Positions 28,903 to 42,726 of a stretch of DNA of 64,000 nucleotides are shown in pieces. Positions within the stretch are counted from its first letter, which is position 1. Each line of letters begins with the position of its first letter. Location: positions 124,930,001 to 124,994,000 of the forward strand of contig OZ024743.1 in assembly GCA_964016885.1 (NCBI GenBank), in the 5' to 3' direction. This DNA is from Eledone cirrhosa (Eukaryota). Position numbers and translations under genes: made by a program. The notes under the pieces are model-generated. The model searched no databases. It was not told where the DNA came from and saw only the letters and a program-made list of their open reading frames with translations.

Positions 28903-29869
28903 TCCCACACACATGGATTCATATGTTTATGTCTACATTGAGCCATTTGTGTGTTTATAAGAATGTGTGTATATGTTTTTACATATTCTACACATTTTGT
29001 TTTTAAGTATATGAATAAGCATATTTAGCTGTAGAAAACCTCCCAGATACAGTCCTATACGAACGAGACACGGTCACCCGATCAACCTTGCCTCAAGTGG
29101 AAGAATTCCCATCTAACCCATGCTGGCGTGGAAGATAGACATTAAACGATGATGATGATGAATTCATGTGTTTGTTGTATGTGTGTACATAAAAGAAAGA
29201 TTTTACTTAAAATATATATTGTGCATAAATGAGTAATATATACTTGTAACTATTTACTCGGATTAAATTTGATTCTGTCTTTAAAATCTGGTTGGCTACT
29301 TTACATTCATTTTGTGCATGTTAGTATTATATGGTTGGCTTGTTGTCTGGATGTATGAAATGCGAACATATTCATGGCTGGGTAACCAGGGTTCTATCAT
29401 TAATTTCAGATGATAAATATCTCCATCTTGAAAAGTTGATTTGGTAAAGTAGAATAAAAGACCATTTCATAAGTATATATATATAATATATATATACTTA
29501 TGAACTAGACATGCGTGTGCACACACACATACATATATATGTTGTGTGTGTGTATATATATATATTACGTCTCTCTCACCTCGACACCTCCCAACTCCAC
29601 TCTCCATCAATCATCTTGATTTTTATCTTTGTTTTTATTTATTTATTTTTTATTTTCATCAAAAGATGACATGTATTTTACACCTCATTAACACTCCCCC
29701 AGACACACACCCAAATTCTTTATATATATATATATATATATACACCAACACATTGCAACTTTAGATCAGTTTGACAATCGCCACTGACGAATGTTAGAAA
29801 GTTAACCAGGATTTTTTTTTTTTTATTTCCACCAAAGTTAGCAAAGGACTTAGATCTACATAGCAAAAT

Positions 29870-29995
29870 TGTAAACTTGTAAAATTATAAAATTAAATTG
29901 TTATAGAACACCAACTACAAGTGAAGTCATTCTTTTCCTTTTTTTCAAATATACCTAACTGTACCAAGGATCTCGTGCTTTTTCCAATATATATA
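29870..29995 (+). repeat. Short dispersed repeat ending in (TA)n; other copies at 56730-56850 and 63710-63790
   Basis: Shared ACAAGTGAAG.CATT...AATATACCTAACTGTACCAAGGAT...TTTTCCAATAT. Confidence 0.75.
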
Positions 29996-30779
29996 GAACA
30001 CAGGATGGATTGAGATAAATATAGAGAAAATGGATATTCTGCTAGAATAACAAAAGCAGGTGAGATATTGTAACAAAAGAAATCTGTCATATTAAAGAGG
30101 ATGAACATGCAGCTAATCCAATAGTGTTAGGAAGTCAATGTTTATGAGTAACATGAAAAAAAAAAGCTGAGCAAAGGAAGCTATCATGGAGCATTTGGAA
30201 AATTGAGCCATCCATGTTGTGATCACTCATGGTTGTGCTATATGACTTACCCCTGGAGATGGAAAAAAATTGACAAAGGTTCTTGAAAGGAGTTGAACCA
30301 TGTATCTTTTGGATACTAGGTGAGTGCATTAATCATCATGCTAGGAGGTCTTTGGCCACCAATTCCCATCTTTTTGAAGACTTTAAGCCTGGAGCTAGAA
30401 GTGTGAACATCTGGTTGACTTAAGAAACATTAGGAAAATTTGAAATATAATCCCAATATAAATAACTATCTATCCACTTTTTTCCTCTCAAGAGGTATTC
30501 TACCTGATTTTTTCAACTATTTTTTTTATAGAGATTGACAATTGTTATAGTTACTTGCATCAGGACAACTACATTTCAAATTTTCCCAGTCTTCATTACC
30601 ATAATACTTTTAGGTACAAGCTTTAAATCTAAAAGATAGCATTTAGTGGCCAAGTATCCCTTAGTGTAATGGTTAATGCACTTTATCTGAAAGATGCAGG
30701 GTTTGAGTCCTCGCAGGTACTTCAGTCCACCTTCTTCTGGCTCCAGGGGTACTGATTTTTTTTTTTTAACTATTATTAT

Positions 30780-31524
30780 TGTGTGCAGAGGATATACGCA
30801 GACTAGAGAGGAACGAAGCTTGCATGCTCCGCTGGATGTGTAACAGTAATATACGTGAATGGCAAAGCATTAACGAACTAAGGAAAAAATTAGAAATAAG
30901 AGGGATCAGATGTTGTTTACTCGAGAGAAGGCTACGTTCGTATGGTCACGTGATGCGCATGAAAGTGCAGGGCAATAAAGATAGACGGTAGCTACGGAGT
31001 AGGCAGACCCAGAAAAACCTGGGACGAGCTGATAAATTCCGACCTCACACACTTACACCTCTCCAAGACAATGTCACTGGACCAAGACCTTTGGCGGTAC
31101 TCAGTAATAGAGAAGACCCGCCTTACCTAAATACAAAGTAAAACCTACTACAGTCAGTAGGCATCTCTAACGAAATACACCCCCCGTCCCACCCACCCCA
31201 CCCCATCCACACCGCCCCTTTCAATGTAAAGTTATGTTGGTGCCACAACATCCAAGCCGAAACAAATGAGATCGTGTAGGTGTCACAACAAAGAAAACAC
31301 ACAGTCCACACTGTAAATGTGGCCGTGTAGGCAACACGGTAAAAACCTCCCAGCCCCACACTGTAAATGTGGTTGGTGTTAGGAAGGGCATCCAGCTGTA
31401 GAAAACCCGCCAGACAGTCCTATGCGAGCAAGACAATCACTCTTGCCTCAAGTGGGAAAACTCCCGTCCAAACCCATGCAAGCGTGGAACACGGACGTTA
31501 AACGATGATGATGATGATGATGAT
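30780..31524 (+). mobile_element. 5'-truncated RTE LINE 3' end
   Basis: RLERNEACMLRWMC...GRPRKTW, 3'UTR, (GAT)n. Confidence 0.92.
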
Positions 31525-31739
31525 TTATAGTTCTAGTTATTTACATTGGAATGTTTACATTTCAAATTTCATATCTATATTTATTTTGATATACTAAGCT
31601 GTGCTAAATATATTTAAATGTAAGTATTTTCAAATATCAATACTAGATAATATTTATTGTTTCTTTAAAAATCCATTTATACATAAAATATTGTTCTTGT
31701 TCTCAGCAGAACTGTTCTGCTAGAGAATGAGTGGCAGGT

Positions 31740-32090
31740 GGCAGATAGTGATAGAGCCACCAGATATCTTAGTATTTGTGTTCGGATAAATGATGCTAAA
31801 TTGCATGGCTGGAATAAAAATCAGTGCTGTGAAAACTGAGACACTCGGCCGCTCATAGAAGCCTGCACAGTGCACTCTACATGTGAATGGAGTTCCACTG
31901 AAACAGGTGGAGAATTTCAAGTATCTCATGATTTCAAGTGTACATGAGTGTTGGAAGGTAGGAGGCTGACTTAAGTGCAAGAATTGCAGGAGCTGGTGCA
32001 CCAGTTTCAGCATTCAGTAATCAGAAGAAAGGAGGCAGGTATAAAAGCCAAACTTGCTATCTTCAATTCGGTATTTGTGCCAACCCTTAG
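31740..32090 (+). pseudogene. Fragment of another RTE-clade RT
   Basis: LHVNGVPLKQVENFKYL...KAKLAIFNSVFVPTL. Confidence 0.6.
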
Positions 32091-32462
32091 CCCTAATAAT
32101 TCATCATGTGTGTTTGTATATATATTTATCCAATCTAATCCAGAGCCTTCTCACACCTCTTGGAAGATCTTTCCCCTTCTTGACCACCACTTTCTGTTTG
32201 GATTTGGGCATGTCAGAGGTGTAGCTGTACTCACCACAACTATTTAACCCATAGTTGGGATGGATGGCCATTGACTCTGAGGACTTCATCTGCCCTTTTA
32301 GTAGCGCTTGTTTTTTGTGCTACTGGGGTTCCAGTTACCTTCCTCACCAGATCATAATGGGGGGGGGGGGGCTGGTTTAGTTGCCAACCACTCGACCATG
32401 AAGCAAGTTCTACTGGGTTATATGGTACCAATAGTGGGCAGAAGCCCAACTTGACCTATATA

Positions 32463-32930
32463 TCATCATCATTATCATCATCGTTTAACGTCCATCTTCC
32501 ACGCTTGCATGGGTTTGGACGGGAATTTTCCCACTTGAAGCAAGATTGGTTGTCTTGCTCGTATAGGACTGTCTGGCGGCTTTTCTACGGCTGGATGCCC
32601 TTCCTAACACCAACCACGTTTACAGTGTGGACTGGGAGATTTTTACCGTGTTACCTACATGGCCACATTACAGCGTGGACTGTGTGCTTTTTTGTCGTGA
32701 CACCTACACCTCATTTATTTCGGACTGGATGTTGTGGTACCAACATAACTTTACATCGAAAGGCGTGGGGGTAGTGGGACTGGGGTGTATTTTTGTTAAG
32801 AGGTGCCTACTGACTGTAGGTTTCGCTTTGTACTTAGGCAAGGCGGGTCTTCTGTATTACTGTGTAGCGCCAAAGATCTCGGTCCAGTGACATTGTCTTG
32901 GAGAGGTGTAAGTGTGTGAGGTCGGAATAT
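32463..32930 (-). mobile_element. RTE LINE 3' fragment (subfamily of 490-1500)
   Basis: 3'UTR identity, (CAT)n. Confidence 0.9.
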
Positions 32931-32932
32931 AT

Positions 32933-33317
32933 ATCATCATCACCGTTTTAGTCTGTTCTTCCACGCTAGCATGGGTTAGACAGGTTGTCCTGTTGTGGGC
33001 AGTGTCTGGTCGGCTGACCATACCTTGCTCATACAGGAACTGATTTGGCTTGATTTCTACAGCTGGATGCCCTTCCTAACACCAACCTCATTTACAGTGA
33101 GTGCTGGGTGCTTTTTCGTGGCGCCTACACGTCCACTTTACAGTGTGGGCTGGGTGCTTTTTTGCCGTGGCACCTCCACGACCACCTTGCTGTGGGGGCA
33201 TATTGTCTATATGCTTCAGCTTGTACCCATGGGAGGTTGGGTACTCTGTATTACTGCGTGACGCCAGAGGTCACGGTTGTGTGTCATTGCCTTTGAGAGG
33301 TGTAATTGGGTAAGGGT
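32933..33317 (-). mobile_element. RTE LINE 3' fragment (subfamily of the 33.6 kb element)
   Basis: Near-identical to 33630-34025. Confidence 0.9.
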
Positions 33318-33380
33318 ATATATATATATATATATTAATTTAAAATATTAACAAAAATAGACATTCTTGTGATCAAGTAT

Positions 33381-33445
33381 ATTTTATTATACATATTTCA
33401 GAGGTACTGAGCTAACTTCAACAGTACGTCCTCATCAGATAAAAT
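33381..33445 (-). ncRNA. Type I hammerhead ribozyme
   Basis: ATTTTAT-CTGATGA-GGACGTACTG...CAGTACCTCT-GAAA-TATGTA-TA-ATAAAAT; stem I 7 bp, stem II 9 of 10 pairs. Confidence 0.8.
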
Positions 33446-33615
33446 TAGATGATGCATGACATACCCTGACATAGTAGATGGTTAAGATTCAGTCATGGTA
33501 GTGAGTAAGATGTGACAAAACTCAATATTTATATACCTTAAGATTGAGATATGAAAAAAACTTACATATATGTCATTCTTTGATTTATTCATTGAACCTT
33601 GTTTAACCTTTAAAT

Positions 33616-36600
33616 CATCATCATCATCATCATCATCACCGTTTTACGTCCGTTCTTCCATGCTAGCATGGGTTAGACAGGTTGTTCTGTTGTGGGCAGT
33701 GTCTGGTCGGCTGACCATGCCTTGCTCATACAGGAACTGATTTTGGCTTGGTTTCTACAGCTGGATGCCCTTCCTAACACCAACCTCATTTACAGTGAGT
33801 GCTGGGTGCTTTTTTCCGTGGTGCCTACACGTCCACTTTACAGTGTGGGCTGGGTACTTTTTTGCCGTGGCACCTCCACGACCACTTTACAGTGGGAGGG
33901 TGTGGGGGCATATTGCCTATATACTTCAACTTGTACCCATGGGAGGTCAGGTACTCTGTATTACTGCGTGACGCCAGAGGTCACAGTCGTGTGTCATCGC
34001 CTTTGAGAGGTGCAACTGGGTAAGGTCGGCCCCTATCACCTCATCCCAGGTCTTCTTGGGTCTCCCTACTCTGCGGTTTCCATCGACTTCTAGTGCTCTG
34101 CACCTTTTTATGCAGCTGTCATCCTTCACACGCATCACATGTCCATACCAACGCGACCGCCTCTCCTGCACACAGCATTTGATTCCTCTTATGCTCAGTC
34201 TCTCTCTCAATTCATTTATGCTTTGCCGTTCACGTATATTACTGTTACACATCCATCGGAGCATGCAGGCTTCGTTTCTTTCTAATCTACGTAAGTTTTC
34301 CACCTTCAGCGCCCAGGTCTCACTACCGTGTAACATTGCTGTTCAGATACACGCATCATACAGTCTGCCTTTCATTTTGAGGGAGAAGCCTTTTGCAGCT
34401 AGCAGTGGCAGTAGTTCCCTGAACTTCTTCCATCCTGTTCTTACCCTAGTTATTGTACTTTCTGAACACCCACCTCCGCTGCTAATTCGATCACCTAGGT
34501 AGCAGAAGCTGTCTACTGTTTCTACAGAGCCCTGCCAGAGATTGGTGGTACTTGTTTCCTGTGGCTGTTTGCTGCTTGCTGTCCCAGCACAGCTGCTACA
34601 TGTGAAGCCTTCATTCTTAATTAAGCTTCCTGAGATCCAGCTACATCTTTTGTGTACCCATTGTTTGCATTTGGGGCAGAGAATGGAGTTCCTACCTACA
34701 CCTTTCCTACATACTGAGCAAGGCCATTTCCCTGAGGGAATCTGGGTTCTGTTTTCTCGTCTACTTACAAGGACCTTAGTCTTTGTCATGACTTTGAGAC
34801 CCTTTCTTTCTAGTCCCTGCTTCCAAGTTTGGAATTTCTTCTCTAGTTCTACCATAGATTCAGCTATAAGTGCGAGGTCATCTGCATACAGGAGTTCCCA
34901 TGGGCATCCGGTCTTAAACTCCTCCGTTATTGCCTGCAGGACTATGATGAACAGGAGAGGGCTAAGAACAGAGCCCTGGTGGACACCAACCTGTACACTA
35001 AATTCCCCGCTATACTCATTGTTAACCCTAACTTTGCTGACTGCTCCCCTATACATGGCTTGTACAGCTTTCACAAGCCATTCATCTACTCCTAGTTTTC
35101 TAAGAGCCCACCAGATTATAGCACGTGGAACTCTGTCAAAGGCTTTTTCCAGATCGACGAATGCCAGGTAAAACGGCTTACTTTTAGCTAGGTACTTTTC
35201 CTGTAACTGCCTCACAAGGAAGAGGGCATCAGTGGTGCCTGTTCCTGGTACAAACCCAAATTGCATCTCATCTAGTTTCACCTGGTCCCTAATCAACTGT
35301 GATATAACTCTTTCTGTTACTTTCATCACCTGGTCCATCAGCTTTATACCTCTATAGTTTCCTCTATCTAGTGCATCACCTTTACCTTTGTAGCAGTTGA
35401 CAATGATGCTACTACACCAATCTTTTGGTATGACACCTAGTATTACCTGGTTAACAATACGTGTGGTTATAGTGTGACCTACAGACCCAGATGCCTTCAG
35501 CATCTTGGCAGCTATACCCGATGGATGGGTTGCCTTCCCCATCTTCATATCTTTGATTGCCTTACTTACTACGCTGCTGCCGACTTGTACTGCTGGCCCC
35601 TCTATAGGGTCTACTTGGGGTAGGGTCTCTTCTTCCCATGCATTCTCCTCATTTAGTAATCTATCATAATGGCTCTTCCATGCATCTTTCTTCTCAGTAC
35701 TTGTGAGGGCAAGCTCACCTTTATCATTCCGGATACACTTCTCTCCAATGACATCACAATTCTCTCTGACACACTGCCTCGCAATCTTGAACACCTCCTG
35801 TTTCTGGTCCTCACGTTGCAAAACATGCTTGAATTTTCTATCCTCTGCTTCCCTCCTAGCTAAGTATACTTGTCGCCTAGCTTCCCTCTTGGTCTCTATG
35901 TAATGTACGCTGCTTCCCCCATTCTTCCATTCTTTCCATGCCTGTCTCTTGGCCTTAACTGCCTCCTCTACCTTATTGTTCCACCACCAAGTCACTCTCC
36001 TCCTGCTTGTGGTCTTACTCCAGCCACAGATCTCATCCGTCACCTCTAGTAAGTTATTGTTTAGGAACTCCCAGTGCTCTTCTACATTGAATGTCTCTAT
36101 CTGTTCTTCTTTACTGTCGTAGGTATTGAGAAAAATATCTTTAAATCTGTTACTGGCTGAGGGGTCTTTCAGCTTCCAGATCTTTCTTCTCCAGGTTGGC
36201 CTCTGTTTCCAGGTTCGTCTAGTTCTGTCTGTGAGGTCGCTGACAACTAAGCTATGTTGGGAGGTACATTCCTCACTAGGGAAGGCTTTTGTGTTTACGA
36301 CCGTCCATCTCTCACGTCCTCTGATGAGGATAAAATCTAACTGACTAGAGTGCTCCCCTGATCTATAGGTGATCAAGTGGTTGTCGGGTTTTTTGAAGTT
36401 TGTGTTACATGTCATTGGCGTCGCAGAATTCTAGAAGCCTGAATCCTTCTTCATTTCTTGTGCCAACCCCATGGTCTCCATGGACTCTATTGAAGCCGTC
36501 ACAGTGTTTACCTACGTGTCCGTTAAAATCTCCTGCGATGATTAAGAAGTCATTGTCATTTGTTAGAGCAGTAGTGTGCATTAGGGACTCGTAAAACCTA

Positions 36601-36927
36601 TCCTTAAGTTCGTCTGGCAACCCCGATTGGGGTGCGTAAGCTGATATTATTATGGTAATTGTTTTATTCAGGACTAGTCTTGATTCTTGCATTTACTCTG
36701 TACACTGAGATTACTTTATCTACCCACTTGTCACCTAGTAGTATACCTACATCACCCATCCCATCATCATTTCCCACCCAGAAAAATTTGTAGCACTGAC
36801 TTTTTCCTACAAGGACTCTAGCAGACTCTCCTCTCCATCTAGTCTCTTGCACACAACATACATCAATTTCCTTTCGCTCTAGCATCTCTGCGATTTCTCC
36901 TGCTCTTCCTTTCATTGTGCTTACATC
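33616..36927 (-). mobile_element. Near-full-length RTE-clade LINE (APE endonuclease, RT, Cys/His finger); frameshifted
   Basis: CCVQETRW, SAYAPQ, GDFNGHVG, LDFIL, QFGFVPG, FVDLEKAFD, GVHQGSVLSPLLF, LLYADD, CSVC..C..C...VHKRC, WYGHVMR; ORF split by about 3 frameshifts; (CAT)n tail. Confidence 0.96.
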
Positions 36928-37402
36928 CCACCCTTGCAAGCAGGGAAAAGCGGACGTAAAATGATGAAAATGAGGATGATCCCATACTAGCATAGAAAAT
37001 AGACTTTAAATGATGATGATGATGATACATATGATGATAAATATATCTCTCTGTAACTTTAAAATCTACCCTCACAAACACACACAATGCATTTCCTATA
37101 TCTAACTGCAATAAGTAAGCCTTCCAATCTCAAGGTCCTGGGTTCTAACCTGACATTTGGCTGTAGTTATTTCTCCAAAATTACTCATAGATTTAATCCT
37201 TTATGTTATTTGTACGTACATGCAAATGTTCATTGTGTAATAAGAAAAGTATTTTTGGCATGAGGGATATTAAGTAAATAAATCAATCTTACTGACTTTA
37301 GGTGAGAGATAAAAGATTATTATGACATTCTAAATTGATTTTAGTGCATAATTGAAAGAGAAATTAGGTCTCATATTTAGTTTGTTTCTTATTCAATGAG
37401 TG

Positions 37403-37686
37403 AAGGCATGTGGCCTAGTGGTAAGGGTTTTGGACTTATCATAATGTCATGGGTTCGATTCCTGGGCTGGGTTGCGTGTTGTGTTCTTGAGCAAAACACT
37501 TCGTTTCACGTTGTTCCAGTATACTCAGCTGAAAATGAGTATCAGTAATAGCTGGAGGTTTAAACCTGCGATGGACTAGCATCCTGTCCAGTGGGGAGTC
37601 TTGTGCTCTCAGTTGTTTCATGCCATGAAACCGGGATAAGCACCGACCTAACGAGCCTTCTGGCTTAAGACAGACTTTAGACTTTA
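37403..37686 (+). mobile_element. Second tRNA/CORE-SINE family with a different tail
   Basis: TGGCCTAGTGG, GGTTCGATTCC, CTTGAGCAAAACACTT, CCTGCGATGGACTAGCATCC, AGACTTT repeats at the end. Confidence 0.75.
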
Positions 37687-38950
37687 GAGACTTATTTAAT
37701 GATGTTCATCTGACATAAAACAGTGATGATGATGTATAAATAATTCAGGTTGTCATTGTTTCTGCTCTCTGTACTCTAAGTTCAAATACTACTAAAGTTA
37801 ACTTTGCCTTTCATCTTTTCGGGGTCAGTAAACAAAATACCAGTCCAGGATTGATGGAATTGTTAGACATTATCTGTTCTGGGTGAAAATCTTGCCTCCT
37901 ATCAATGAAAAATAGTAGCATGATAAGACTGGGAGCCTTATTAAAGCATCCAATGAACCTATGTGATGTAACATCATGGTAGACTGTCTCAACAGGTGTG
38001 GTTATTTGATCTGTTAGAAATAGCAGCCAAACTTCCCTCAAACCCCAGCATTAAAAAAAGCACAATGGATAATGGCAGTTCTGGATAGATTGTGCCTGAA
38101 AAAAAAATAGTTGTGAAAGGAATGCATTTCACTTAAGGTCTCTTCAATTATGGCTAACCTGAAGTTAAACAATTACAACAAACAAATCAGATAGCTTGAG
38201 TAACTTTATAGAGTTGATAGAGCAATGAACTAACTTCCATTTAATTTCATTCTTTTATGTTCCTTAATTCAAATCCTACTAAGAGTCAATTAACTTTGCA
38301 TATTATTTCCCTGGGACTGTAAAATAAAGTACCAGTAATATAATATATTGAATCACACAACTGTGCCCTTTGCCTACAAAAGTCCGTCTTTAAGCATACT
38401 CAAAAAGAAATCAATAATAGAAGTAAACCTTAATATTTGCCATTAAAACAAAAACAAGCACAGCTGATCTAAGTACATATCTAAATGATTAAAAATTATA
38501 TTTTTCATATCAAAATTACTAAAGAATGTTGAAAATTTGAGTTTAGTTTTCCCAAAATTTGAGTTTAGTTTTCCCACTGAATTAACTTTGCTTTTTACCC
38601 ACCTGCATTCTTTCTTTTCTTCTTTTTCCTTCTACACACATATATGAATCATATGCATACAATACACACCTTTGTACAAAAAGTACAGAAAAATCAAGAA
38701 GGGGTGGAGAAGCAAAATTAACATAAAATGTTTTAAATTTCAATATTTAAAAAAATATTTTTCCAATCATTTAAATTATATTTTGATCCCTAACCTTATT
38801 TCAGGCTTCTGTGATTTACCTTAGAGAAATCAGTTGTAGTCAAAATTGAAATTGAATGAACATGAAATAGAAAACAATAATGATTTTAGAGAGGAAATTA
38901 TCTTAGTGGGTGAACAGTGCTATTTGTCAATAAGAATTCAAAATGGAAAA

Positions 38951-39340
38951 TATAATTGTTTCTAATTTTGGCACAAGGACAGCAATTACGCCAGTGCATT
39001 ACTTTATTTTATCGACCCTTGTAAGGATGAAAGGTAAAGTTAACCTTGGCAGGATTTGAACCCAGATCGTAAAGGGCTGTAACTCTACGCTGCAAAACAT
39101 GGCGTCCGACCCTCTACCGATACTGCCAATCCACCGCCCTTGGAAAATATAATTGTTTCTACTTTTGGCACAAGGCCAGCAATTATCCCAGTGTATTACT
39201 GGTACTTTATTTTATCGACTCCATAAGGATGAAAGGCAAAGTTAACCTCGGCGGGATTTGAACTCAGTCCGTAAAGGGACGTAACTGTGCTGCAAAGCAT
39301 GGATCCGACCCTCTACCGATACTGCCAATCCACCGCCCTT
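38951..39340 (-). mobile_element. Two tandem MetaSINE-like tRNA SINEs
   Basis: GGGCGGTGGATTGGCAGTATCGGTAGAG head, GTTCAAATCC B box, GCCTTTCATCCTT...GTCGATAAAATAAAGTACCAG domain; TGGAAAATAT occurs three times at the borders. Confidence 0.85.
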
Positions 39341-39784
39341 GGAAAATATGTGAAACAAACATGTATGTTTTGAATAAAATAATGCATGTTGTAAGAGCCA
39401 ACAGAAAGAACATCTGATCATAAAACACTGATTCAGAAATAGAGACAAGATGAAAAACTGTCACAGGGCCCACAAAGCCTTTAAAATTGATTTTATTAAT
39501 AGATTAATAAATGCATATCATAAGAAGCAGTTTAAAGAGTTTGTGGCAAGTACCATGGAGCCCACCAACTAACCCTGGTTTTAGCATGGAAATGGCTTTA
39601 AAATATTTGTTGTTTACATGCATACACACACTCCCTCCCTCGCTCTCTTCTAGTACTATCTTTTCTATCACCCTCTTACTCCTTTCTATCATCTAATTCT
39701 GTCTTCCCAGCCAGTAATGTTGGAAAGAAAGTAGTTTTAAAAGACAAACTTATATATGGCAAACAATATAATATAGTACTGATA

Positions 39785-40162
39785 TGGAGGCACATGGCTT
39801 AGTGGTTAGAGCATTGGGCTTGCAATCGAAAGGTTGTGAGTTCAATTCTCAGACCGGGTGATGTGTTGTTTCCTTGAGCAAGACACTTTATTTCACATTG
39901 CTCCAGTTTACTCAGCTGTATAAATGAGATGATAGGACTGGGGTCCCTATCATTCCACTGCAAAGTGGTCGTGGAGGTGCCACGGCAAAAAAGCACCCAG
40001 CCCACACTTCAAAGTGAACGTGTAGGTGCCACGGAAAAAAAGCACACAGCACTCACTGTAAATGAGGTTGGTGTTAGGAAGGGCATCCAGCTGTAGAAAT
40101 CAAGTTCCCGTCCCACCCTTGCAAGCAGGGAAAAGCGGACGTAAAATGATGATGATGATGAT
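39785..40162 (+). mobile_element. CORE-SINE (long-tail variant)
   Basis: Matches 27939-28320. Confidence 0.92.
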
Positions 40163-40189
40163 GTACCATGTGCATCCTATTTTGAGAAT

Positions 40190-42520
40190 TATCATCATCA
40201 TCATCATGTTCCCTTAACTCTTTTGGGGGTTGTGGGGACACTGCAGTGTTGAAGGTTGCACCAACTGCTTCCATGTCTGGCGGTCATGGTGCAAGTGCTT
40301 GAGTTGTGGCAAAGTTCTTTCGCGTCAACTCAGCTATATAGTCTGTCCACCAATTCTTCTGTCTGCCCCACCTTCTCTTTCGCCCACACTGTTGCTTGGA
40401 GAATTGTCTTAGAGAGTCCATCAGATTTTGTTACATGCCCATACCATCTCAGCTTCCTCCTCTTCACCGAGGTTAGCAGATCTTCAGTGTGGCTCACATT
40501 CTGAGTGATTCTTTTGCGGTCTCCTCATTTGTGATGTGTTCTGTGTAGGAAATTCCCTGGAATCTTCTATAGCATCTCATCTCCACTGTTTGGATCTCTC
40601 TTTGCAGTTCAGTGGTCAGAGTCTATGACTTACATGTGTATAGAAAGATGGATAGGACCAATGCACTCAGGAGTTTTATTTTGCATCTGAGAGTAGTGTT
40701 CTTGTCTTTCCAGAGAGGTTTCAACTTAGCAAGTGCTATGGTTGTTAGAGCACTCCTTGCAAGGACCTCTGGCTTTGATGCCTCTAGACTGATGAACTGC
40801 ATCACAATCTCCAGCTCTTGACCACTGACTGTCATCCTTTTCTCTATTTGTTTTGTCGTGTTTGTCATCAGCTTGGTTTTCCCTGTGCTGAATTCCATGC
40901 TGTATCTAGCAGAAGTTATGTTCAAGTGGTTCACCAGCTCTGCAAGTTCTTCACTTCCAGCTAAGCCATCAATGTCATCAGTGAACCTGAGGTATGTTAC
41001 AGTTCGTCCTTCTATACTGATTGTGCTAGGATTGTCTTCTAGGGTGTCGGTTATGATTCACTCAAGGAAGATGTTGAACAGTGTCGGGCAGAGGAGACGC
41101 CTATTGACGTGTGGAACCTGTCCCCCATTGTGCTGCCTTGGACAAGTACCACACTCGAGGCTTTCGCGTACAGCTGTTATATGGTGTGGATGATCTTTTG
41201 TCCTATGTTATATTTCTTCATGTTCGCCACAGCGTATCGTGTCACACCCTATAGAAGGCTTTCTTGAAGTCAGCGAATACATAGTAAAGATCCTGTTGGT
41301 GTTGGCTGTATTTCTTGCATAGAACTCTCAAATTGAATATCTGCTCTGCAGTGCTCCTTCCGCAATGATTTCCTCAGCCTGTTCGGGATGACTTTTAGAA
41401 TCATTTTGCTTGCGTGGCTGATAAGGCTGATGGTTCTATAATTTTAGCACTGTTGTAGATTGCCTTTCTTGGGGAGTGTGATAATGAGTGACTGAGTCCA
41501 TGGTGTTGGCCACTCTCTAGTTTGCCAGATTTTGTTGCAGATTCTGGTGAGAATGTCAATCACTGCTTCTCCTCCATGCTTTATCAGTTCTGCTGGAATG
41601 TCTGTACCAGCTGCTTTTCCAGTTTTCAGCAATTTTATTGTTGTCTGCACTTCTTCACTCAGGGCTAGGGAGCCATCCTCGTTTAACACTTCTTGACTGA
41701 TAAGCACATTGAGGTCTGTACAACTCTGAGCAGTATTCTGTCCATCTCTCAGTGATGTCTTTTTCTTCCGTGAGGCACTTTCTTTGCTTGCCTTGGATGG
41801 TGCTGATGCTTGAGTGTCTCTGTTTTGTGAGATATTTCACAATTTGTAAGGCCCTCTTACTGATGTTCCCGTTCAGACACTCTTCCATCTCTGTGACTGC
41901 TTCTCTATCCATTCTTCCTCATCCCTTTCCTGATCTCTCTGTAAGCTGGTGCCCTAGTTGTTGTTTTCTTGGATTTTTTTAGTTCTCTTTTTGTATCACA
42001 CAAATTAAGAACTTCTGTGACCCATGATTGAATTTTCCTGCTTTGTTTCCTTAAGATGTTGTTTGCTGACTCTGTCATCACCACATTGAACATTGCTGTC
42101 ATTGTTTCAACATCCTCTTTGAGTGTGAGCAGAGCTGCAAATTTTCCACCAACAGTTGCTTGGAAGGACTCAGCAATGGTGGGCTCCTTCAGCCTGTCCA
42201 TGTTGAACTTCAGTCTGATGTTCTTGCGCTTCTTGATCTTCTTCAGCATGACTTTGAAGTTCAGCAACACCAAATCATGGTCACTCCCTATATCTGCACC
42301 TGAGAAAGTTCTTGTTCTGCCCTTGCTGATTCCAGACTGAAACTGATTCTTCACCATAATGTAGTCCATTTGGGGCAGTGCTAGGTCCAGCACTGTGATA
42401 CCTTGTGTTCACCAAGGGTGTTAGCAAGCACATCATTGAAACTGGTAAATTCAAGCAGGTGTAGTCCTTGTTTGTTGGTTACAACAGAATTCCCACCGAT
42501 CTTTCACTGCATCCTCACCC
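40190..42520 (-). pseudogene. BovB-like RTE LINE remnant
   Basis: DYIMV...ADIGSDHDLV, RWTEYCSELY, WPTPWTQSLIITLPKKGNLQQC, DFKKAF, KTKLM; (CAT)n end. Confidence 0.88.
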
Positions 42521-42726
42521 ACCTATTCTCTTTTAGGTAACACAGGCTGAGCCAATGAATTAATTTTATGTATCAAATATATTTAGCGATAAGTTATTCA
42601 AATGATATTTCTCATCATAAACATTGAATCAAAGTGGGATGCCTTGCAATATCATCATCATCATAATCATCATCTAAAATTATATATTTAGTTTAACATG
42701 TTTATTATTGTTTTGCAGGCTATAAC

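Noticed and set aside
29785-29810. CTGACGA-ATGTTA-GAAA-GTTAAC
   Set aside because: No stem II and no UH triplet
30654-30720. tRNA-like segment
   Set aside because: Shortened, and the cloverleaf cannot be completed; at most a decayed SINE head
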